A stretch of DNA of 63,735 bases, filler included, from Lenisia limosa (lineage: Eukaryota > Protista > Breviatea): NCBI GenBank assembly GCA_001655205.1. It is 16 parts of 16 records of this genome, joined end to end, with 100 filler letters (N's around TTAATTAATTAA, not from the genome) between each part and the next. Parts side by side here need not be neighbours in the genome. Positions count along the whole stretch, not along the records: positions 36,133 to 45,791 come from LPNZ01003810.1; positions 45,892 to 47,994 come from LPNZ01009821.1; positions 48,095 to 50,344 come from LPNZ01000171.1; positions 50,445 to 54,068 come from LPNZ01009544.1; positions 54,169 to 55,566 come from LPNZ01001120.1; positions 55,667 to 61,846 come from LPNZ01008407.1; 10 more parts are not named here. One strand, written 5' to 3'. A program made the translations under genes and the position numbers. Below the pieces are notes generated by a model that was not told the origin of the DNA, did not search any database, and saw only the letters and a program-made list of their open reading frames with translations. This document shows positions 40,495 to 55,821 of this stretch, piece after piece. Each line of letters begins with the position of its first letter. The stretch's first letter is position 1.

Positions 40495-45343
<4,849 letters not shown>

Positions 45344-45899
45344 TGGTGGGCCCCGATGATTAATCAATGCTGAGAGGGGGTAATATCAAGTAAAGTGAAA
45401 TAAAAGAGATTTAATGGCAATATGGCTGTTACAATATCTCTAATAAACGTGATGGTGTGGACGGCTTTGGCCAGATACAACCTTGTGTTACTTCTCATCA
45501 GTAGTATATCACTCCATCTGTTTAAAGCGGTCATTTACCTGATAACACCATTAGGAAGCATCTGCATTCATAAAGGACGAACAAAATCGAGCCACCTGGA
45601 GCTATCTTTAAACGTTTTGATGGATATGAAACCAATACCCGGGTTCCGCCAATCAAGGGAGGGGGCTTAATGTTTTCTCTTGGCCTTTACGGCAGCGCGG
45701 CGAGCGGCCTGGGGTGTCAGGAGGGGGGGATTATATTATAAGACACTACATAGTGTATATGATATGTATGCTTATCTATATCTACATAGATNNNNNNNNN
45801 NNNNNNNNNNNNNNNNNNNNNNNNNNNNNNNNNNNTTAATTAATTAANNNNNNNNNNNNNNNNNNNNNNNNNNNNNNNNNNNNNNNNNNNNAACCCTCG

Positions 45900-47990
45900 A
45901 TAATAGCTAGGCAAGCACGAGAGACACTGAAGAATGCCGAAACCCTAAGAGTCATGCCATCTGGAAGGATTAAAAAAAGCTTCAATTGCAGAAAAAGACT
46001 TGATATAAAAAATAAGGATGAATCTGGCCGAAGCCATCCATAACATCACGCTTCTCCCATTATAAATAACAATAACCCCCCTAATATTATACCCATATTC
46101 CCCAAGTAGTACCTAGGGCTTCCCTAAGGTCGGAAAAAGACCGTTAAAATATCGATATTAATCGAGGATTTATCGAGACATTCAGTCTTTTTTCGGGACT
46201 GCAGGGAACCCCTAATATTATACCCATATTCCTCCTTCCAACCATCCATCTCATCGGTGTCATTATCGGCTGTTTCTGCTCCATCAAGATAGGCCAAAAG
46301 TCCCAAGTGTCCGATTTGATTCAAAATGTCCGAAATAATGCTGACAACAGGCTAGGAGGGGGAGGGGGGAGTAAAACGAAGGAAATTTCGATTGGCGTAA
46401 AGGTATTATTCACGAAGCAAATAATCTGAAACTCCAAACAAAAAAACAACAACACCAAAAACACAATAAAAAAACACGAGCAACCAACGCTATAACTAGA
46501 AACAAAAGGAAGGTAAGGGATTAATAATGATGAGAGTAAATTGAAACAATTATGGAATAAAAAAAAGGCAAAAATTCTGTTTGTTGACAAAACACGAGAT
46601 TATGGTTTCCTTTTAAGTTACTAGATATAACCTTCCTCTTTTGGATATAACCTTCTTCTTTTGGACATACCCTAGTTTCCTCTTTTGGGCATAGGAGGGC
46701 GTCTGCCAGGCCGGGTTGGAATCGAACCGCCGAAGTGATCAGCTGGATGAAAAGGGTTCTGGGGGGGGGGGGGGNNNNNNNNNNNNNNNNNNNNNNNNNN
46801 NNNNNNNNNNNNNNNNNNNNNNNNNNNNNNNNNNNNNNNNNNNNNNNNNNNNNNNNAAATCAACTTTGTTGGCTGACAACAAACAAGGGCAAATAACATC
46901 AAAGCAAACAACGCCCAGGCCAGTCGCTTTTGCAGCATCGCATCCCATCACCCGTGATTATTTTGACATCAAACAAAGCCCATAATAGATTAATTAACCC
47001 AAAACAACAGGTACCACCTTGTTTTATATATTTCTCATTGCTAAATATAGCTATTTAATTCACCCTCCCCTCTCACTGGGTTTTGACTTGTCCTTCGCTG
47101 TCGTTGATTGCCTTTAGAAGGGGGGCCAGGCCCTTTTCTACAGGGGATCAAAAAATGAGACAAATATCACAAAATCAATAAGCCCTTTTCTACAAGATAT
47201 GAGCATGTAAACAAAGGAGCGGTAATAGCTAAGGCTTCACTTCGGTTCAAACAAAGACTGAATTTCATGAAAAATCCTCTAAAACTGTTGCTATTTTAAC
47301 GGTCTTTTCGAACCGAAGTGTAGCCCAAGTCAAAACGCAAGTAATAATTAATAATATTCCCTTCTGTACAAAATTATAGCTACAGTACTATAATCCAAAA
47401 TCTCTTATAAAGCGTGATGGTGCGGACGGCTTCGGCCATACACAACCTTATTTTTTATTTCTCATTGCTATAATACAGATCCCCTCCCACGTAATCCAGA
47501 CACAATAGAGCCCTCACAAGCGGCCAGGCGAGCGAGAAGGTCAGTGGCAATCCCAGACGTTTCGCTGGGAGAGTCCGTGATCCATTGCACGATGGCTTGA
47601 ACGCATTTCTACATAGGATTATATGGAAAACTGCTACTATACAGTTTCTGAGGTTTGGAAAAAGGACACAGTTCTATGCAGGGGTGACAAAAAAAGCCCA
47701 AAATCAACTCTGTTGACAAGCAAGAACAACAAAACAAACAAAGCCCAGNNNNNNNNNNNNNNNNNNNNNNNNNNNNNNNNNNNNNNNNNNNNNNNNNNNN
47801 NNNNNNNNNNNNNNNNNNNNNNNNNNNNNNNNNNNNNNNNNNNNNNNNNNNGGGGGGTCTCATGAAAAAGAGAGAAAATACACGGTACTCGCGTTTTCCC
47901 CTTTACGGGCAAGGCATGCATGGCTCTCGCTGCATAGTTGACCTTTTCTGACGAATCAGAATGCCAAGAATGACGTTTTGTGCTGAGAGG
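45900..47990 (-). CDS. NUP188-like scaffold nucleoporin, internal exons
   Basis: TSGIATDLLARLAACEGSIVSGL and TLFIQLITSAVRFQPGLADALL resemble consecutive Nup188 motifs as I recall them (AIQLLKRLA..MSVYACL; ILEFLTVAVETQPGLIELFL). Confidence 0.5.
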
Positions 47991-48106
47991 CGAGNNNNNN
48001 NNNNNNNNNNNNNNNNNNNNNNNNNNNNNNNNNNNNNNTTAATTAATTAANNNNNNNNNNNNNNNNNNNNNNNNNNNNNNNNNNNNNNNNNNNNCCCCCC
48101 CCCCCA

Positions 48107-50248
48107 GCCACTACCACCTCTAAAGCCGTTCGACTTCATCTGGGAGGATGCGCAGCGAAACGCCCAAAAGGGCGGATTAAAGTGCGTGGCGCAATCGTGA
48201 CATGTGATGGAGTAATCCTGACCAATGATAGTGTTAATATGATGAGTAATTATGATTTTATTATATTATTTTATTTTGTCTATTATATTATTCACACTGC
48301 TTTAACGTGATACAGGGGATTATTTACGTACTATTTGAAGGCAACACCAATCGGAGGGCTGGTTCACACCTCGAACCCCGTTGAGCCCTATAATCCGGAA
48401 GAGGAGCACGACATTACCGATCCCGCTATCATCAGTGGGTTGCTGTTGTCGGATTGATAGAATTGTTTTAGAAGTGAAAAAACTGTCCAAACGTTATTTT
48501 GAAGCTCTTTTTGAAATAATCATTCTTCTTAGCCTCTTTTGCAATGGTCAATATTATTATTCTTATTATAATATCAGATATATCAATCTCTTGATAAATG
48601 ATTTTAGTAATACAGGAGATATTAACCATTATTCCTTTACAATGATCAAACTTGATTGCTATTTTCTTAATATCTTAAAAACGATTATTCTGATAACAGT
48701 TCTCAATCTCTTCAGAAATGATCAATGACATAACAACGGACGACGTCAAGATTATGACGCATATGGACGAGTATCTCGAGTTCAAGGAATTCATCACAAC
48801 CAGTGAGGGGGTGAAGAGAGTATATATTTGTATTTGGTGGGCTTGAAATGGTTTTTTTTTTGTGTGGAAGAAATTTGTGTATATTTGAGTGGAATACGAT
48901 GGGCCTGTGTGGGCGGCAATTGTAGGAAGGGGGGGAGGGGGGCTTGAATATGCCTAAAATTGACACAATCATTAATTATGTCCCATCGTTATGCTAAAGT
49001 CAAAAATTGCTGTTTTTCAAACCCTCTTGGTTTTTAAGTTTATGGTCGTCAGATACAATTCGGTGCTGTTTATTTCAGCAGTTAACATTGCCCCCCTCCC
49101 TCCCTCGTAACGCTACCACAAACCATTCCCCCCTTCACGGATTGCAGAGAAGAAAGAAGCTGAAGAGAAAGAGAGGAAAGAGCAAGGCCTGCCCCCTCTC
49201 AAGCCCATGGTACTCTCTTCTGACAGGTTGGATATTTTGGGCATTTTCTGTACTTGTTTAAAGAGTTGAGAACACGAGACTCCCATTGATACTTGGAGGG
49301 AGAGAAGGAGTCTCCGATATGGATGATAGTGATCAGCTTCTGACATCAGCAGTTTTAACATCCGCGGCTCTTTTAGATATCCCCAGTCCTAACTACTCTT
49401 AGGCCGATGTATGAACTAGAAGGTGAACTACCGGAGATACCAAACCTCGATTTTGATGACGATAACATTGACGATGGCTTTGTGGGTCTCGGGATGGAAT
49501 TATAATATTTCTTCTTTGATGCTGTATACTATCCTGCTGATCTGGGTTGTAATTATTGTCTCAATTGGTTGACTTAGTACTTTTACTCCTGATATGTGTC
49601 AATTGGTTGGTTTACTACTACAGTATAAACACTACAGTAAAGCCTTGACTTTTCCTTGTTTGTTGTTAGCAAATTTGTTATTGGCTTTCTTTGTTATTGT
49701 TAGTTTGACTATTTAGGAACCCTTTGATGGAGACAATGTGAGCAGCGAGGGGGGGGGGGGATGCTACTTGTAACACAATTATTATACTTTACAGCACATA
49801 CAAATTATAATAGTAAGGGAAAATTGACAGAATATTCAGCTCCTTGTGGGCGAGACTAGAGCTTCCCCACATCCACCACCCTGACTCTTTTTAGCTTGAC
49901 CTGCCTGAGGAAGACGAACAAGAAGTTAGTGCTTGTTGGGCTTTTTGTCAGATTTCATTTTATTAGAATAATATTTATGAATAACAGATTTCATGAATAT
50001 AGAACATTATCTGAGCAGGTTGTTGCTTTTTTTTAAAGTTTCAATTCGCATTATTTCTTGTCTATTAGTATTTTTTCTAGAAGTTCACTTTAATCCCCTC
50101 CAGCTTCTGGCTCAAATCAAGGCGGTGGAAAATGCGCCCATTGAGACAGAAGACACGGACTACATCGGAATTGACGTGGACGATGTTGAAGGCAAAAAGA
50201 AGGTGTTTTCAGCGAAGCAGGCGTACCACGTGGCCCTCAAGTACCAGG
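48107..50248 (+). CDS. Partial multi-exon acidic hypothetical protein
   Basis: GT-AG exons PLPPLKPFDFIWEDAQRNAQKGGLK, EMINDITTDDVKIMTHMDEYLEFKEFIT, EKKEAEEKERKEQGLPPLKP, LLAQIKAVENAPIETEDTDYIGIDVDD... Confidence 0.5.
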
Positions 50249-50801
50249 TTAGCTAGTTTGGTGTGATTAGTCTTTCATTTATGGATTGATTATTTTTGAA
50301 TGATTTTTGTTTCGAGTTGATTTGCCCGAGGGGTGGGGGGTGGGNNNNNNNNNNNNNNNNNNNNNNNNNNNNNNNNNNNNNNNNNNNNTTAATTAATTAA
50401 NNNNNNNNNNNNNNNNNNNNNNNNNNNNNNNNNNNNNNNNNNNNGCCCCCCCCCCCCCGACAAATAATATATCATATACAGTGACCGGGATAAGTCTTGG
50501 CCGATTTGCTTTGTGATTTCCCCAAGGAAAATGGTCAAGACTTATCCCAATCACTATATTATATGGAGGATATTATGATATAGCAATGAGAAATAAAAAA
50601 TAAGGTAGTATCTGGCTGACCGTCCACACCATCACGCTATTAAGAGATATTGGATTTAATATTAAGTCACCCAATCATGATAACATAAATACCACCCCCC
50701 CCCCCNNNNNNNNNNNNNNNNNNNNNNNNNNNNNNNNNNNNNNNNNNNNNNNNNNNNNNNNNNNNNNNNNNNNNNNNNNNNNNNNNNNNNNNNNNNNNNN
50801 N

Positions 50802-52101
50802 GGGCAGCAGCTCCGAAGGGTGATGCGGTGGTGGCTCCGAAGGGCGAGGTTGTGGCCGGGGCGGCTGTGGCTGGGAGGAGGTAAAACGAAGGAAATTTCA
50901 ACGAATAATATTGGCGTAATGGTACTAATCACGAACCGAATAAATCGAAACTAACAAAAAACAACACAAAAAAAAGCTGGCAAAATTGGAAGTGTAAAAA
51001 AATAAAACACAGAAGAAAAAGACAAAAAAACACAATTTGTCTTTCTGGTGGTATCCCTATGTATTTCATGTTTCCCTAGAATTTTAACATAATTATCATA
51101 TAACCCCGAATATTCTTCTTGGGAGTGGTTTTCTGAAGAGGTTTCTGAAACACGATTTTGGGAAATGAATGAGTGTTTTCCTCAACAGTAATACAGTATT
51201 TTTCTGGAACAAGATTTTTCTTGAGGAAAATTGGTCAAGGCTTACTCAGGTCAGCGTATGGATTAAAAAGGGATTTGTAGCAGTTAAGAATCTTTTGAAA
51301 CTTGGATCATGTGGAAAGTAATGAGTTTGTGTATCGATGAGAAATAAAACAAGGTTGCATCTGGCCGAAGCAGTCCACACCATCACGCTTAAAAGAGATA
51401 TTGGATTAAAGTATAATATTAATTTACCCAATAATTAGCCTCACAACCCTGTGCACACAGCTTTCCGTGATTATAAAGCAGGAAATATGATACATCTTGT
51501 TCAATATATAGATGTACATGTATGATTTTTTTGATATGCCTGTCAAAACAGCCCCCNNNNNNNNNNNNNNNNNNNNNNNNNNNNNNNNNNNNNNNNNNNN
51601 NNNNNNNNNNNNNNNNNNNNNNNNNNNNNNNNNNNNNNNNNNNATATCCCATCCAATATTGGATTACAGTATATCATTAATGCACACAGCTTTCCGTGAT
51701 TATAAAGCTGAGTCACAATACCACTTTGTCAAAAAGCCATCCAAACCATAATGATTAATTATTGAACCATCTCGCTACAAAAGATTGTTTATTCAAACGT
51801 CATGGTGAAACAGATTGGTTATACCATCATGCTTGAGATTATAGTTAAAAATCAGTTGGTTTCACTTCGTTATACTGGTCTATTGATCTGTCGCTTTAAT
51901 GTTTTCAAGAACCTAAACCACCCACGAACCTCCAAAGCTAAACGCGCCTCCAGCAGGCTTGGCCGCTGCGCCAAACGGCGATGCTGCTGTTGCTGCTGCT
52001 CCAAAGGGGGAAGCTGTTGCGGCAGCGGCTGTAGCGCCGAATGCCGGTGCCACTGTGGCTCCTGCTGCCGGAGCTGCGGGTGTTGCGCCGAAGGAGAACA
52101 T
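50802..52101 (-). CDS. FG-repeat nucleoporin N-terminus (FSFG/SPFG repeats in A/T-rich spacers), partial
   Basis: MFSFGATPAAP...APAFGA...ASPFGAA...ASPFGAAAKPAGGAFSFGGS, continuing after a family-E acceptor as TAAPATTSPFGATTASPFGAAA. Confidence 0.7.
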
Positions 52102-52254
52102 CTAGGGGGAAGCTAGAGAAGAGCTAAGGCTGGGTGTACGGGAAGTAGGCTGTTTTAGGGTCTTACTCTGCTTTATCTACTCTTATAAATTAGGTAATAT
52201 ATTCAATGTATAGCCAGCGGGCGCAAAAAAAGAGCATTATCAATAAGTAGTTTT

Positions 52255-52298
52255 GCTTTTATAGTTGGCGCCAGCGCGCTACGCGTAACTATAAAAGC
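52255..52298. promoter_or_regulatory. Perfect 12-bp inverted repeat with a TATAAAA box on each strand, in the divergent nucleoporin/ZC3H15 intergenic region
   Basis: gcttttatagtt (52255-52266), a 20-nt GC-rich spacer, then aactataaaagc (52287-52298). Confidence 0.5.
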
Positions 52299-52438
52299 AT
52301 TTTTGAAATTTTTTACAAGGTCTTTTTAAGGCTTAAGCCAAGGTAGATAGGTTTATACACGCCTAGTTATTGCATAAAGTCAAACAGTTTTCTTTGAGTT
52401 GTGTAGTTTTTCATTTATCTCTCCAACTAGACCGCAAA

Positions 52439-54068
52439 ATGGTAAGTTAGCTGGTCGGAGACGCAGTTTTAATCTCAATGTAGCCACCAAAGAAGGGAAA
52501 GGGAAATGATAAGTCCAGTAAGAGCGAGAAGAAGGCTCAGGACAAGATCATTGAAGACAAGACCTTTGGTCTTAAGAACAAGAACAAGTCCAAAAAAACA
52601 CAGGCTTACTGTAAAATGGTTGAACAGCAAGTCAAGCTTCAAGGAAAGAGCCGCAAGGATGTGAGCTTTGCTTTTCAATATGACCCCCTCGTCACCTTTC
52701 TCACTTTCTCTAGTTCAAACAGAAGGAAGACGAAGAAAAGGCCAAGCAGAAGAAGAAAGACGAGGCTCAGGCCAAAAAGGAGGAGTTGCGCAAGCTCTTT
52801 AAGCCGGTCGTGAAGCAGAAGGCTCCTGCTGGCGTTGATCCCAAGACTATCCTCTGCCAACTGCATAAAGAAGGCCTCTGTACCCTGGGAGCGAAGTGTC
52901 AGTTCTCTCACGACAAGTCGATCGCCCGCAAGTCTGTGAAACTTGACGTCTACGCTGATCGTCGTGATGAGGAGAAGAAGGAAGGTGAGGGAGGCCTGGC
53001 GTTTTTCAGGTCAGATACCACGGAATATCAAAATATCTTCAGATTTCCATGGATATTATTGTAAATAATGTGAATTCCAACTTTTCCTGAAGGATCCCAA
53101 GTCAATAGGCGGATAGGTATGCAGTTAGGGTATTGTTGTCACTTACAGAAAAGTTGTAAGGATTAGAGGGAATTATGAGTCAGCTTTGTAGTCACATACA
53201 TATGATGTGAAATGTAAAAATTATCTATAGCTATCTACATTTCATATATTATCAGGAATCATATTATAACGTGCACAAATATGAATATTATACTATAAAT
53301 CAATACATCTTCTAAGTTGATGAACCTTTAATATCTATTAAGTCTATATCATACAGTGACCGGGATAAGTCTTGACCTATTTTCCTTGGGAAATCGCATA
53401 GAAAATCGGTCAAGACAATTTTGGTCACTATATGTATATTCTCGATAAATCCTCGTTAAATATCGATATTTCATCCGTCTTTTGGAAGCTTGAGTGAAGC
53501 TCTTATCAAATCAATGTCTCAAATTTGTATATAATGGCGTGGACAGCTTCGGACAGATACTATTATCTAATATCGATTATAGCATCATAAGAAAGAGTAT
53601 ATTAAACATTGAGTTGCTTTTGGGCTTCCCGCTTCGTAAAAGAGGCTATCATTTTTATGATATACTAACCTCGTGTATTGTCAGCCAACGGAGTTGATTT
53701 GGGCTTTTTTTTTTGTTTATAAATTTTTCCATTTTACGTACGCTGGAGTGATGGGATGCGGTGCTACAGAAGTGACTGGCCTGGGCTTTGTTNNNNNNNN
53801 NNNNNNNNNNNNNNNNNNNNNNNNNNNNNNNNNNNNNNNNNNNNNNNNNNNNNNNNNNNNNNNNNNNNNNNNNNNNNNNNNNNNNNNNNNNNNNNNNNNN
53901 TTTTACCCCAAAGGCATGGAAGATTGGGATCAAGCCAAGCTGGAAGAGGCTATCAAGAAGAAGCACACAAGCGAGAATAAGAACAGACAAACCGACATTA
54001 TCTGCAAGTACTTCCTAGATGCTGTGGAGCGGAGGCTTTACGGCTGGTTCTGGGACTGTCCCAATGGC
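52439..54068 (+). CDS. ZC3H15: ZC3H15/Tma46 (DFRP1) tandem CCCH zinc-finger protein, 3'-truncated
   Basis: ATG|intron|PPKKGK...DKIIEDKTFGLKNKNKSKK...GVDPKTILCQLHKEGLCTLGAKCQFSHD...|MEDWDQAKLEEAIKKKH...TDIICKYFLDAVERRLYGWFWDCPNG are hallmark motifs. Confidence 0.93.
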
Positions 54069-54269
54069 NNNNNNNNNNNNNNNNNNNNNNNNNNNNNNNN
54101 NNNNNNNNNNNNTTAATTAATTAANNNNNNNNNNNNNNNNNNNNNNNNNNNNNNNNNNNNNNNNNNNNTGTTGTTATCAACCCTCGTGTGTGTTGTCAGC
54201 CAATAGTTGATTTGGGCTTTTTTGGTTCAAAAATTTTCTAATTATACCCCCCACCCCCAGGCCCACCAT

Positions 54270-55505
54270 AACTCTGCTGTCAATACCCTCCTGGCAAGCC
54301 TATCCGATTTCGACGTTGTCAGTGTCTCCTCCAATGTGGCTGTTTTGGACTTGACTAGGGTTGTCTCTGACGCATCAACTTTCCTGAGAGTGCGCGGGGT
54401 TTTTTCATTTGTTGGTTTGTTGATTGTTGTTTTGTTTTCTCCTTCTTCATTTATTCCTTCCTTCCTTCCTTCCTTCCTTCCTTCCTTTCTGCTTTTTTAA
54501 CGGCAAATAGCATCTGCGTACACAGATATACGCATTAATTTCCTGTTTATTTCATCATTTAGACTCGGTAGTTGGCCATATGATCATACCAATATGTTCA
54601 TAACATCATATTAAATCTTAGTACGTTAGTTGAATTTAGACTAATATAATTAATATCTGTTTTAAACGTATGTAATGGTGTCAACGACTTCGGCTAGATA
54701 CCTACTTGTTTTCCCGTCACTGGAATTTATCGAAATTATCAGTCTTTTTTGAGACAAAATTTAACCGTAATTTGGAGTCCTTTCCATAATCACCGCGTAG
54801 GTTTCTCCGGTTTCCACTGGGGCTCAAGTGGATATCCCCATTACCGTGACCACCACCTTTTCGTTGAACCTTTCGAGAATCGGTGCCCAGTGCTCGATTA
54901 AGGTTGGTAGGAGTATTTTCTGAGTTGTTTAGGGGTAGAGTTCTTTATTTAAGATTGGGGCAAGGTGTGTCTTTTTTCATTTAAGATTGTGATCGTTCAA
55001 GTGGGTATTTTTAAGGTGCACGTGGCGGTGCTGCAGAAGCGGCTGGCCTGGGCTTTGTTTGTTAGAATGATGGGATGCGGTGCTGCAGAAGCGACTGGCN
55101 NNNNNNNNNNNNNNNNNNNNNNNNNNNNNNNNNNNNNNNNNNNNNNNNNNNNNNNNNNNNNNNNNNNNNNNNNNNNNNNNNNNNNNNNNNNNNNNNNNNN
55201 NNNNNNNNNNNAATATCAAAAACGTTTGTATGGGTAGTGCTTCGTTCTAATCTAGAAAACGACGAGATTTCTTGACAAATCTTCGATATGTATATCAATA
55301 TTTTACCAGTCTTTTGGACCTTAGGAAAGCCCTGTGAAAGGAAGGCCCCTCCGGATTTTGCTTTTTAGTTCATAGTTTTCTATTTGTTGTCAGCCAACAG
55401 AAAAATTTTCCAATTTTACTCCCCCCAGGAACCCTTCACGAAGGTGGTTGCAAGACACTACGCAACAGTGCCTTCTTTTGCCTGGCCCTCCGAGTGGACT
55501 TTTGA
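54270..55505 (+). CDS. Partial multi-exon hypothetical protein
   Basis: Exons after family-A acceptors: AHHNSAVNTLLASLSDFDVV..., VSPVSTGAQVDIPITVTTTF..., EPFTKVVARHYATVPSFAWPSEWTFE. Confidence 0.4.
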
Positions 55506-55821
55506 GGTTGGGGGGAAGGCGTGTGTGCGTGCGTGCGTGTGCGTGTGTCTGTGCCTGTGTGGATGTNNNNNNNNNNNNNNNNNNNNNNNNNNNNNNNNNN
55601 NNNNNNNNNNTTAATTAATTAANNNNNNNNNNNNNNNNNNNNNNNNNNNNNNNNNNNNNNNNNNNNCAAAGAGACCGGTAAAGTAATTTTGATAAGTCCA
55701 TGTCAGATGAAATTACATTCGCGAAATTCATAGAAGTGTCCGATTTATCAAATTTGATGAGCGCAACTCTGTCCAAACAACTTGCACTTTAAAACGATTT
55801 GGTTTACATTACGCACAGCAG

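Noticed and set aside
46708-46732. tRNA T-loop/B-box-like GGTTCGATTCC on the minus strand
   Set aside because: Lies inside the NUP188-like exon (AVRFQPG); no cloverleaf or A box around it.
46672-46985. Recurrent ORF-track peptides such as MLQKRLAWALF, MGCGAAEATG and CCQPTELI as a protein family
   Set aside because: They are translations of the non-coding family-A repeat, often read through N runs.
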